Origin: Eledone cirrhosa | Lineage: Eukaryota | Length of the DNA: 64,000 bases | Direction: 5' to 3' | Assembly (NCBI GenBank): GCA_964016885.1 | Contig: OZ024742.1 | Span: 119,102,001-119,166,000 of the forward strand | Shown: one piece after another, positions 22,762 to 34,830 of the stretch | Layout: every line of letters starts with the position of its first letter | Numbering within the stretch: position 1 is the stretch's first letter | Notes under the pieces: model-generated | Told to the model about the DNA's origin: nothing | Databases searched by the model: none | What the model saw: the letters and a program-made list of their open reading frames with translations, nothing else | Program-made: the position numbers and the translations under genes

Positions 22762-24856
22762 ATGGCTACGAAAAAGAAATTTCATACGTCACTCCCACTC
22801 ATTCCGTCTTCTTCTTCCTCAATCATCACTACAGCAGAGAGAAGATTGTCTCTCTCCCTCCCTTCTTTAAATGTGTCTCTCTCCCTCCCTTCTCTTTCGC
22901 AAGTGACGAAAGAAAAGAAAAGTCTCGTGCAAATCGTGCAAGGTTTCTCCACGACGACAGCGACGAAACAGGTGTGCGGGAAATACGAAAACCCAGTTCA
23001 TTCGTCTGACGTCAGGAATAATAGCAGTAGCAGCCGTAATAACAACTGCAACAGTGACAATGAAAACAACAGTAGCAGCCGCAACAGCATCACCAGCAGC
23101 ATAAACAACAACAGCATTAGCAGCAGCAACACCAACAACAACCACAGCAACAGCGGCGGAGGCAGTAGTCGTAGTACCTGCAGCAACAACAAAAGTACCA
23201 GCAGCTCTGACGACAACAACAACAGCAGAGAAAAACCAATCTCATTTGCAGGTATTGCGAAAAACTTGGAAACAATCCTCATAACAAATGAGGAATTAGA
23301 GGAAGCGAAGAAGATGGTGACAAAGAACGGACACCGAGCAATCTGCAAGGCAGCGGAAAAATTTTTCAAAACCCAAGAGCACTGTACGGTCACGTACCGT
23401 ACAGTAAGTACAAAATCCCGTAGGGTGGAAAGAGCCACAGAGGCCCAAATACAAAAAGCCTTGGGGTCTGTGTGGCAGCGGAAAACGCACATCACCCGAG
23501 GCAAAAAATATGCCACCGTAGACGTACTTTTTGCCACACCCCAGGAGGCAAAGGCCCAATCAGTAGTGACCCTAAGGAGCGAGGAAATGGTGTTGGTGCC
23601 CTCCTACTGCGGGCAAAAAATTGTGAGGGTCAAACTGACCCACGCCCCCCCCCCCCGGAATGACCCCTTCTTGGCTGGCCGCGTCTGTCCTAATCGGAAT
23701 CGAGGACAAAACAACTGTACTGCAAGTACAGAAAAAAGTAAGAGAAGATTGGGTCGGCTCCTCCATTGAGATGCTAATCCAAACCAACCAGGAGTGCATC
23801 GAAGCTATCCCGGATGTGATAGACTTCGATAACGGCACTCAACTGCCCATAAGTGTTGAGGGCAAACGCCCGAAATGCTTTCGCTGTGGATCGAAGACTC
23901 ACCTCAGGGCCTTCTGCAACGAGAAGACCCTGAGAAAGGAGAAAACCCCCCTCCTTCCGAATCCGGCTCCACGGCTACCAGCAACAGGACAAGCGGCAAC
24001 CAGGAACGATAGGTCCGTGGCACCCATACCCACGCCACGGAAATCAAAAACAGCAGCAGCAGTGGAAATATTAACAACAACAACAGCAATACCAAATGCA
24101 GCTGCAACAGAGACTCCAGTGCAAACATCACCAACAACAACAAATGAAAGAGTGGAGCTGGTACCCCTCCCCGACCTCACAGAATCAGACATGGAGTGTG
24201 AGGTGGGAGAGGGATGGCAAAAGGTCGCAAGAAGGCACAAACGCAGAAGCAGCGCATCGTCGCCTTTGAAAAGGGAGGAAAGAAATGAGAAAAGGGTAAA
24301 GTCTACTGCAAAGAGACCCACAGCAGCAACAACACCAACACCATCACCACCCACACTAGCACCACCATCACCACCGGCGACAACCCCACCGCCAACAACA
24401 CCTTCAACACCACCACCACAAGCACCAACATCGCAAACACAACAACAAAACACACACACCCAGAAACAACGACAAGAAAATAGCAGAACCACACCCCACC
24501 CCCAGAAAAACAAATGCACGGCAATAAATACACACAACAAGAAACTAATGACTTACATAATTGAACACACAGACATTTCACAACAGGACTACATAATACC
24601 AGCACCAATCAAAACGCCAACTAACATAAGACTGCTAAAAATAGCACAGAAACAATACACAAACATTAAAACGAAATTCCCCAACGCAGTTGGTGATTTC
24701 AGGGACCTAGGAGGAACCATCAATCGAAGAGTATACTCAGACATTCTCTTAGAAGAGCCGACGACCAGCCGAAGGGACGATTCAACGGTCCCTTCACCAG
24801 ACGATCAAGTGAAAAGGGATGTAAAAACCATCCCTCCTCTACCAAAAGTACGGTAA
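22762..24856 (+). pseudogene. Tx1 ORF1 (RRM-like + CCHC knuckle), frameshift at poly-C ~23645-23656
   Basis: SFAGIAK, YATVDVLFATPQEA, CFRCGSKTHLRAFC, GWQKVARR; ORFs 22762-23769 and 23660-24856. Confidence 0.85.
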
Positions 24857-24891
24857 GTGGTCTTTCCCATCTTTTCCACTCTATTTTAAAC

Positions 24892-27800
24892 ATGACCTCA
24901 CTCAGAATAGGCAGCATAAATGCGCGTGGCTTGGGGTCGTCATGGAAGCAGGGTCACCTGCTCAACGACCTCAGGTCACTAAACATAGATGTAGTGGCCA
25001 TCAGCGAGACCAGAATCTCCGAAGCACGGGCCTTCGTACCGATCTTCGGCGGCTACGATGTGTACGCATCTCCCAGCCGTCCTGGATCGGGTGGTGGAGT
25101 TGCTGTGCTTTTTCGGAGAGGTTTGGATCTCGCCATACGGGCCATCTTCCTGGACCCAGAGGGTAAGCTGGTGGTGCTGGACGTGACCAGCGGAGACGGG
25201 CAAGCTTTCAGGCTAGTGGCCGTCTATGCCCCGACAGGAGCAGGGCGGCCTGATTTCTTCCGGCGTCTGGAGACCTTTCTTTGAACGTCCCGCTCTTTAG
25301 TGTTAGTGGGCGACTGGAACGGGATCTTAGATGCACGCTGGGACTGTGTGGGATTAGCGGATAGGGGTGGAGGGTGCAAGAGCCTCACCAACCTGCTCAG
25401 GCGTTTTGAACTGTCTGACAGGTACCGATTGGATTTCCCGAATGTGCCAATGTGGACTTGGACAAACCGCATAGGGTCATCCAGATCATATCTAGATAGA
25501 GTATTTTGTAGGGAAATAGATAGGTCTAGCATAGGCTGTCCACAATTCAAGATAGTCAGCTACACGGACCACAAATTCGTGATCTGTGTGCTTGACTTAG
25601 ATAGGCTTCATAGACGAGGACCCGGCTACTGGAAGCTAAACGCGTCCTTACCAGCGCGCAAGGCCTACAGAGACCGGATTAGCGAACTAGTTAAGCGGGC
25701 GTTGACGGGGGCCATCGTCAACAACAAGTGGTGGTTTGCTCTGAAAAGAGCGATTAGAATAGAATCGATTAGGTTTAGTAAGGCTTTAGCAATAGAGAAA
25801 AATAGAGCAGAGGGAGAACTAGTTAGAAAATTAGACGAGGCGCTTAGCAAAGGCATTGCGACCGACGTGCTTGCGGCGAAATTGGCCCTTGACCAATTCT
25901 TCAATGCAAAGCACGAAGGCTGCGTTGTCAGAGCTAGGGTGCGTGCTCTCAGACACGAGGGGACGAAAGCCGTTCAATGGGCCCGAGTGGCGGAGGCGCG
26001 TCGTGGCAACAAAGCCACGATCCGGTCTTTGGTGGACCACGACGGGCGCATGCTACTCGATCCCGGGCAAATGTGTGAAGCTTTTCAGCGACACTTCGCT
26101 CAGCGGTTCGGGGGCAGCGGGGGGCCGGGTAGAGGGATGGACTTTAGTGTCTACCTCGACGGACTGCCGCGGCTCTCGGCCACTGAGGCGAAGTGTTGCG
26201 AAAAGCCGATAACAGCCGCTGAAGTAAGGGAGGCAATGACTGGCTGCACAAGGGTAAATCGCCTGGTTTGGATGGTCTGCCCTATGAACTTTACGTACAG
26301 ATGCCAGACTTGTTCGGAGGCCTCTTGGCGGACGTCTACTGCAACTGGCAACAGAACGGGAGAATTCCCAGTTCTGTGAGCCGAGGAGCGGTGGCACTAC
26401 TGAGAAAGGATCCGAACAAGGGGGATAACATAGACAATTTCCGGCCCATAACTCTGCTAAACACAGAGTTTAAGATTTTGGCCAAGGTGCTAGCAAAGAG
26501 GTTGGCGCTTGTAGTTGGTGGTCTGGTGGGAGAGGCGCAGACATGCGCCATTCCCGACAGATCCATCCACGACAACCTCCACCTCATGCGATACATCGTA
26601 GAGAGGGTAGCTAGGGAACCTGGCACGGGTGGGTCCTTGATCAATTTAGATCAGTCGAAAGCTTTCGATAGGGTCGACCATCGTTACCTAGCGGCAGTCC
26701 TGAGGGCGGCTGGCTTTGGGCCCGTCTTCAGAGGCTGGATCGCTGCCATGCACAGCGACATCTGCTCTGTGGTGAGAGTGAACGGTCACCTGTCGGAACC
26801 GTTCAACATCATGCGCTCGGTCCGCCAAGGATGTCCCCTCTCGTCCCTATTGTACGTATTGACTCTCGAGCCATTACTGCACAAACTGGAGACGTTGAGT
26901 GGGGTCCCGCGCGAACTAGGATGCGGAAGATCCGTATCAGCATATGCGGACGATGTCACCGTAGTGGTGTCGAACGCCAAACACATCGAGGCGATCGGCA
27001 CTACACTAAGAGAATACGAAGCGGTGACAGGAGCAATGATCAACCAGGAAAAGTCAGTGGGCCTGCAGCTCGGCACCTGGAGAGGCAGGTCCATGCCGTC
27101 CAACAGCGTCGTCGGACGCTGGACGGACGGACCGGTTAAATTGCTAGGGGTCTGGTTCGGTCCGGACCTCCAGACGGACAAAAACTGGGACGAGGTGACG
27201 AGCAGGGTGGCTTCTCTCACCCAGAAATGGGCCGAGAGGAAGCTATCCCTGAAAGGTCGAGCGGAGGTGGCTAACGCGTACATCGCGTCCGTCATCTGCT
27301 ACCGCCTGACCGTCGTACCTTGTCCTAAGCCTCGCCTGACTGTGCTGGAGCGTTTGCTCTTTCGCTTTTTGTGGAAGGGACGCGCTCCGATGGTCAGGCG
27401 GTCCATCTGTTGTCAACACCCGCTACGTGGAGGGCTGGGCATGCCGTGGCTGATGATGCGCAGGCACGCGCTCAGGCTACGACATCTCCACCTCTTCCTC
27501 GACGGTGATCAGGTGTGGTCGCCGTTTGCTAGACGCGTGTTTCCCCAGCTCGTTTCCTTGACGGAGCTGCAGTCCTGGGTCAAGCGAAGACCGAGAGGGA
27601 GCGCCTGGAGACTGGAATGTCTTCAGGCGCTCACAGCCCTCGACCAATCGGGCAATGTGATCGGTGGAAACTCCACCTCGGCGTTCTATAGAGGATTAGT
27701 GGAGGGGAAGAGCGACGACGTACTTGGGGAAACTCTAGGCGTCGACGAAAATCAACTAGCCAATCTCTTCGGAAGAACTTTCGGGCCAGGGCCTATGGAC

Positions 27801-28311
27801 AACTTCCAGAAATCTCTGGCCTGGCAGTGCTACCGAGGAGCCTTGCCAGTTCGGGATAAACTCTACAGGCATGGAGGTGCCGTCAGCCGGGCATGTCCGA
27901 GATGCGCGCAGGGCGACGAAACCGTCCTGCACGCACTCGTCCAGTGTCCGAAAATTGCTGACTTGTGGGTTTATGTCGAACACCTGCTGTCGCGTTTAGG
28001 ACGGATCCGGCTATCATCTGAGTCCATCGTGAGGATTGCCCCGCCCTCCTCCTTTAGCCGGGAAGGGCAGGCAGTTTTTATCTGCCTGGTGGCCATGGCG
28101 AAAGAGATAGTATGGTGGACACGTTTGAAAGGGCTGAAGACGAGCACTTACCTCTTCGGTGATGCTCTGATTGACTTTTTCAAATTTCATTTGAAAAGGA
28201 AAATCAGAGTAGAGAGGGAAGTGCTCTCTTCAACAGCATTTTGTTGAAAGATGGGTGAGAGAAGCAAGAATGGCCCGAGTGAATGGGCCTACTCTGAGCA
28301 TATATCTGTAA
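24892..28311 (+). pseudogene. Tx1 ORF2 (apurinic endonuclease + RT + zinc finger), few disablements
   Basis: GSINARGL, AISET, VYAP, VGDWN, YLDRVF, TDH, GYWKLN, FRPITLLN, DQSKAFDRV, RQGCPLS, AYADD, GGLG, CPRC..ETVLHALVQC. Confidence 0.92.
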
Positions 28312-28559
28312 ATTAAAGGTGGAAAACTGGGAGAGGGCACTTGCCTTGGTGGTCAGGGTCATTGTGGCTTTTTACTGGGCTTTCTCCACAAATGTCCCTC
28401 CGAAGTCTCCCCCCTATTGGGGAATTTTTCATTGTTATTTTTTGTTACATCCTCTGTTTTTGTTTTTTACACGCAGAAATGCCCATTTGTACCGTCCTGC
28501 ATTGTCCTGCACTGTCCTTAATGTCTACTTTATGTAAACCCTTGTGGTTAATAAAGAAA

Positions 28560-28594
<35 letters not shown>

Positions 28595-28604
28595 GTTATT
28601 GTTA

Positions 28605-31367
28605 TTCCTTGAATCTCAGTCATTGATGTTGGTTAACTGGAAAGTCCGTTGGATTGAATATCAAGCCACTACCTGCAGCCTCAGATATTCAGGACGTATC
28701 GGAGGGTTCTTGCCGTTCCAAGCAAGCATGCCTTTTGAAGCGTTCCAAAAAGCGTGAAGGGGCCGATTTTCTTTAACCATCCCTGGAAACCTTTGGAGAT
28801 AGTCCCCAGTGCGCCTATGACAATCGGGATCACTTTGACTTCATGGCAGTTCCAAATCCTTTTCACCTCCCACTTTAGGTCCTGGTATCGGTTAATTTTC
28901 TCCCTCTCCTTCTCTTGCACTCTCGTGTCGAACGGGCAGGCCACATCCACAATCAGGCACGATCTTTTTTCTTTGTCCACAACCACCAGGTCAGATCTAT
29001 TGTGTTCCAGTTTTTTGTCCGTCTGTATCCTAAAATCCCACAGCACCTTCACCTGACTGTTCTCCATCACCGCCTCTGGCCTATGCTCATACCATTTCTC
29101 AGAATGTGGTAGATTGTTTACTTTGCACAGGTGCCAGTGGATCACCCTGCCCATCACATCGTGTCTCCAGCCCTTATAGTGGGTCTGGGCTAGGTGTTTA
29201 CACTCGGACACAATGTGAGCCACAGTCTCCTCTCTCTCTCCACAGATCCTGCACAGTGGGCTAGCCTCCTCCTTGTAGATATGGTGCTTCAACCACTTCG
29301 TTTTGAGGGCCTGCTCCTGCGCAGCCATTAGCATTCCTTCTGTAGCCTTTTTGAGGTCTCCTCTTCTCAACCAGTTCCATGTCTGTGGATCTCTAAATTC
29401 AGTTTTCTCAAAGAAGGTACTATGAAGGGATTTTCCCTTAAGGCTGCTCTTCCTCCTTGATGTTATTTCCTCCTTGGGTATCCCCTGGCCTACTGTCCCC
29501 TCCTTCAGTACAGCTCTGAGCATTGGCTCCTTACTATAGGTCACGTATTTGTATAGGTTGTTTTTCTCCATCTGAACACAGTCCTCTATGCTGATAAGAC
29601 CTCTTCCACCCTCAGATCTCCTTAGGTAGAGTCTATCGACATCACTCCTCTTGTGGGACATGTTGTAGATAGTCAATAGCTTCCTAGTCTTCCTATCCAT
29701 TTCTTTGTGTATTTGTTCAGCAACATTCCATCTCAGAATTCCCGCACTGTACCTAATAATAGACACAGCTCGGGAATTTACTGCGCTTATGGCATTTTTG
29801 CTGTTCAGATGTGACTTCAATACGCTCCTTACTCTCCGAATGTATTCAGTTCTTAACAATTCCTTCATTTTTTTGTTCTTTATGCCATCAGCCTCCAGAA
29901 CGCCCAAATACTTGTATCCTTCCTCAGAGTCAATTTCCTTTATCATCTCACCTGTTGGTATCTGGATCCCGTTACTTCTGCTCAACCTACCCCTCCTCAT
30001 CACAATGACTCCACATTTACCAATACCAAACTGCATACATATATCACTGCTGAAAATACGGACAGTGTCAACAAGCACATCCAACTCCTTCTCACTTTTC
30101 CCGAAGAGCTTAAGATCGTCCATGAAGAGGAGGTGATTGATGGTAAGCTCTCCCCTTCCCAACTTGTATCCTGCTCTCACTTTTCGCAGCATAATGGTCA
30201 AGGGCATCAGGGCAAGGACAAACAACAGAGGGGACAGGCTATCTCCCTGGAAGATACCTCTCTTGATCTTCACGCTTCCCAAGGATACTCCAGTTGATGT
30301 CAACTCTGTCTCCCAGGACCCCATACTCCTGCCCAGCAACTGTCTGATGTTATCTACCAACCTGAAGATCTCCAGGCTTTTGGTGATCCAGGAATGAGGC
30401 ACCATGTCAAATGCCTTTCTGTAGTCTATCCATCCCATGGCAAGATCAGTGTGTCTCCTCCTGCAATTCCCCATTACCATCTTATCAATAAGCAACTGGT
30501 CCTTTGTACCACGTGACTTCTTTCGGCATCCTTTCTGTTCGTCCGGCAACAAGTTGTTTGTGTGGAGGTGATGGTAGATTTCCTCAGACACAATGCTCGT
30601 CAACAGTTTCCACATTACGGGCAGACATGTGATAGGTCTATAGTTGGTAACATCATTACCCTTGATTCGGTCTTTCATTATCAGAACTGTAGTACCTTTT
30701 GTCAACCACTCTGGCACCTCACCCGACACCAAGCAGTCATTGAACATGGCCGTCAGCTTCGGGTGGAGGGATGTTAAATGTTTAATCCAATACCCCTGCA
30801 CACCATCTGGGCCTGGTGATTTCCAGTTGGTTAGTTTTTTGGCTTGCCCCTTAAGAGTTTCAACTGTGATACTCAAATCAGTCTGTTGCTGTGCCTGCTC
30901 ACCGATCTCCCTCTGTACTGTCTCAATCCACCCTGCCTGGGCATTGTGTCTAACATCCTGCTCCCATATTCCTCTCCAGAATGTTTTAGCTTGTTCCGCC
31001 CCAGGGATCAAGTCGTTGCTTCTTTCTTTCCCCTCAAGCTGTCCAAACAGCATCTTCTGGTTGTTGTCGAACATGCGGTTCTGTTTATACTGACTGACTC
31101 TGTTCTCGTATCGCCTGATTTTGGCACTCTTTGCGTTGCTTCAATTCCTCTATGATAATATTTAGCTTTTTACTCCTAGTTTTGTATTTTATTTCCAGTC
31201 TATTTTTAGTGCCTATGTTTTTTAGTGTCCCATTCAGTAGTGACTCAAGCTTTCCCATGTCATTTCTCATTTCCCCGATTTGCCCACTCAGTCGCTTCTT
31301 CCACCACGGCTCTGCTCTTTCTTGTCTGTTGTTTCCTCTCGCTTTTATACCAAGTAGTTTCCTCACC

Positions 31368-31368
<1 letters not shown>
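28605..31368 (-). mobile_element. R4/Dong-clade element, family B copy 1, 5'-truncated
   Basis: RT+CCHC+RLE ORF; (TAA)n at both ends. Confidence 0.92.
28681..31074 (-). CDS. Open 797-aa RT + restriction-like endonuclease portion of R4/Dong polyprotein
   Basis: NWKSPGPD, NYRPITCL, WIDYRKAFD, GIFQGDSLSP, FMDDLK, CRICGEREETVAHIVSEC, NRSDLVV, EKINRYQDL. Confidence 0.88.
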   Translation of the reverse strand: MFDNNQKMLFGQLEGKERSNDLIPGAEQAKTFWRGIWEQDVRHNAQAGWIETVQREIGEQAQQQTDLSITVETLKGQAKKLTNWKSPGPDGVQGYWIKHLTSLHPKLTAMFNDCLVSGEVPEWLTKGTTVLIMKDRIKGNDVTNYRPITCLPVMWKLLTSIVSEEIYHHLHTNNLLPDEQKGCRKKSRGTKDQLLIDKMVMGNCRRRHTDLAMGWIDYRKAFDMVPHSWITKSLEIFRLVDNIRQLLGRSMGSWETELTSTGVSLGSVKIKRGIFQGDSLSPLLFVLALMPLTIMLRKVRAGYKLGRGELTINHLLFMDDLKLFGKSEKELDVLVDTVRIFSSDICMQFGIGKCGVIVMRRGRLSRSNGIQIPTGEMIKEIDSEEGYKYLGVLEADGIKNKKMKELLRTEYIRRVRSVLKSHLNSKNAISAVNSRAVSIIRYSAGILRWNVAEQIHKEMDRKTRKLLTIYNMSHKRSDVDRLYLRRSEGGRGLISIEDCVQMEKNNLYKYVTYSKEPMLRAVLKEGTVGQGIPKEEITSRRKSSLKGKSLHSTFFEKTEFRDPQTWNWLRRGDLKKATEGMLMAAQEQALKTKWLKHHIYKEEASPLCRICGEREETVAHIVSECKHLAQTHYKGWRHDVMGRVIHWHLCKVNNLPHSEKWYEHRPEAVMENSQVKVLWDFRIQTDKKLEHNRSDLVVVDKEKRSCLIVDVACPFDTRVQEKEREKINRYQDLKWEVKRIWNCHEVKVIPIVIGALGTISKGFQGWLKKIGPFTLFGTLQKACLLGTARTLRYVLNI

Positions 31369-31432
<64 letters not shown>

Positions 31433-31433
31433 G

Positions 31434-34400
31434 TTCTTTGAGTCTCAGTCATTGATGTTAGTTAACTGGAAAGTTTGTTGAAATGAATATCAAGCCACTA
31501 CCTGCAGCCTCAGATATTCAGGACGTATTGGAGGGTTCTTGCTGTTCCCAGCAAGCATGCCTTTTGAAGCGTTCCAAAAAGCGTGAAGGGGCCAATTTTC
31601 TTTAACCATCCCTGGAAACTTTTTGAGATAGTCCCTAGTGCGCCTATGACAATCGGGATCACTTTGACTTCATGGCAGTTCCAAATCCTTTTACCTCCCA
31701 CTTTAAGTCCTGGTATCGGTTAATTTTCTCCCTCTCCTTCTCTTGCACTCTCGTGTCGAATGGGCAGGCCACATCCACAATCAGGCACGATCTTTTTTCT
31801 TTGTCCACAACCACCAGGTCAGGTCTATTGTGTTCCAGTTTCTTGTCCGTCTGTATCCTAAAATCCTATAGCACCTTCACCTGATCGTTTTCTATCACCG
31901 CCTCTGGCTTATGCTCATACCACTTCTCAGAATGTGGTAAATTGTTTACTTTGCACAGGTGCTAGTGGATCACCCTGCCCATCACATCATGTCTCCAGCC
32001 CTTATAGTGAGTCCGGGCTAGGTGTTTACACTCGGATACAATGTGAGCCACAGTCTCCTCTCTCTCTCCACAGATCCTGCACAGTGGGCTAGCCTCCTCC
32101 TTGTAAATATGGTGTTTCAACCTCTTCGTTTTGAGGGCCTGCTCCTGCGCAGCCATTAACATTCCTTCTGTAGCCTTTTTAAGGTCTCCTCTTTTCAACC
32201 AGTTCCATGTCTGTGGATCTCTAAATTCAGTTTTCTCAAAGAAGGTACTATGAAGGGATTTTTCCTGAAGGCTGCTCTTTCTCCTTGATGTTATTTCCTC
32301 CTTGGACATCCCCTGGCCTATTGTCCCCTCCTTCAGTACAGTTCTGAGCATTGGCTCCTTACTATCAGTCACGTATTTGTGTAGGTTGTTTTTCTCCATC
32401 TGAACACAGTCCTCTATGCTGATAAGACCTCTTCCACCTTCAGATCTCCTTAAGTAGAGTCTATCGACATCACTCCTCTTGTGGGACATGTTGTAGATAG
32501 TCAATAGCTTCCTAGTCTTCCTATCCATTTCTTTTTGTTCAGCAACATTCCATCTCAGAATTCCCGCACTGTACCTAATAATAGACACAGCTCGGGAATT
32601 TACTGCACTTATGGCATTCCTACTGTTCAGATGTGACTTTAATACGCTCCTTACTCTCCGAATGTATTCAGTTCTTATCAATTCCTTCATTTTTTTGTTC
32701 TTGATGTCATCAGCCTCCAGAACACCCAAATACTTGTATCCTTCTTCAGAGTCAATTTCCTTTATCATCTCACCTGTTGGTACCTGGATTCCGTTACTTC
32801 TGCTCAACTTACCCCTCTTCATCACAATGACTCCACACTTACTAATACCGAATTGCATACATATATCATTGCTGAAAATACGGACAGTGTCAACAAGCAC
32901 ATCCAACTCCTTCTCACTCTTCCGGAAGAGCTTAAGATCGTCCATGAAGAGGAGGTGATTGATGGTAAGCCCTCCCTTTCCCAACCTGTATCCTGCTCTC
33001 ACTTTTCGCAGTACACTGGTTAGGGGCATCAGGGCAAGGACAAACAACAGAGGGGACAGACTATCTCCCTGGAAGATACCTCTCTTGATCTTCACGCTTC
33101 CCAAGGATTCTCCAGTTGATGTTAACTCTGTTTCCCAGGACTTCATACTTTTGCCCAACAACTGTCTGATGTTATCTGCCACCTTGAAGATCTCCAGGCT
33201 TTTGGTGATCCAAGAATGAGGCACCACGTCAAATGCCTTTTTGTAGTCTATCCATCCCATCTTATCAATAAGTAACTGGTCCTTTGTACCACGTGACTTC
33301 GTTCGGCATTCTTTCTGTTCGTCCGGTAACAAGTTGTTTGTGTGGAGGTGATGGTAGATTTCCTCAGACATAATGCTTGTCAACAGTTTCCACATTACGG
33401 ACAGACATGTGATAGGTCTATAGTTGGTAACATCATTACCCTTGATTCGGTCTTTCATTATCAGAACTGTGGTACCTTTTGTCAACCACTCTGGTACCTC
33501 ACCTGACATCCAGCAGTCATTGACCATGGTTGTCAGTTTCGGGTGGAGGGATGTTATATTTTTAATCCAATACCCCTGCACACCATCTGGGCCTGGTGAT
33601 TTCCAGTTGGTTAGTTTTTTGGCCTGCCCCTTAAGAGTTTCAACTGTGATACTCAAATCAGTTTGTTGGTGTGCCTGTTCACTAATCTCCTTCTGTACTG
33701 TCTCCATCCACACTGTCTGGTCATTATGTTTAACATTCTGCTCCCATATTCCTCTCCAGAATGTTTTAGTTTGTTCCGCCTCAGGGATCAAGTCGTTGCC
33801 TCTTTCTTTCCCTTCAAGCTGTCCAAACAGCATCTTCTGGTTGTTGTCGAACATGTGGTTCTGTCTATACTGACTGACTCTGTTCTCGTATCGCCTGATT
33901 TTTGCACTCTTTGCTACAATGCGTTGCTTCAGTTCCTCTATGATAATATTTAGCTTTTTCCTCCTAGTTTTGTACTTTATTTCCAGTCTATTTTTAGTGT
34001 CTATGTTTTTTAGTGTCCCATTAGTAGGGACTCAAGCTTTCCAATGTCATTTCTCATTTCCCTGATTTGACCACTCAGTCGTTTCTTCCACCAAGGCTCT
34101 GCTCTTTCTTGTCTGTTGTTTCCTCTCGCTTTTATACCAAGTAGTTTCCTCACCGTATTTGCTGTTGCTTTGAAGATATTGTTGCACTGGTGAAGGCTCC
34201 TCGCCTCAAGGTATGGGATGACTTTGTTTACCTTAGCTGTTGTTTCTTTTAACTTTTTCCTGTCTACAAATCTTAGGTTCATAGGTCCCCCACTATCATT
34301 GTTCAATTCATCTACCACTAAGTTTAGGATATCAACCAAATCTTGTTCTAGCCCGTCAGCATTCATCTCCTCAGTGGCCATATCTCTGTTCCAGGTATTA

Positions 34401-34544
34401 TTTATCTCAGCATTCAGATCATTGTCTGCTTCGAGTGGTTCCTCCGTTCTCTCGACCTCTTCACCTTCATTTCCCACTGGCTCGTTTGTTTGGCATACTC
34501 CACTCTCCATCTCCAAGCTAATCTCTCTGCTCAGTTCCTCCAGT

Positions 34545-34546
<2 letters not shown>
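31434..34546 (-). mobile_element. R4/Dong-clade element, family B copy 2, 5'-truncated
   Basis: ORF pieces 34010-34516, 31962-33854, 31510-31701 closely match copy 1; (TAA)n flanks. Confidence 0.92.
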
Positions 34547-34618
<72 letters not shown>

Positions 34619-34830
34619 GGCGACCTACGTAGTAAATCGTATTATCGTGAGCTCCGCAAAGGTTTGTTATTTCCGTTTGTTAAAAATTGCCATTTATGGA
34701 AATTTTTTATTGTTAACTATATATATAAGCGCACATACATTGTTTTCCGAAAAGGACACCCAAAAAGATTGGGGCCTTGTGCCCAAAATTTAAACTTTTA
34801 TGATTATCAAAAAATTTCTTTGAAAAAAAA

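Larger units (their letters stand above)
22547..28561 (+). mobile_element. Tx1/L1-clade non-LTR retrotransposon, copy A, near full length
   Basis: 5'UTR, ORF1 with zinc knuckle, ORF2 APE-RT-CCHC, 3'UTR ending AATAAAGAAATC; flanked by (TTA)n. Confidence 0.92.

Noticed and set aside
23899-27295. Long antisense and overlapping ORFs within Tx1, R4 and PLE elements
   Set aside because: Shadow frames of biased or GC-rich coding sequence with no recognisable motifs; their recurrence between copies only reflects nucleotide identity.
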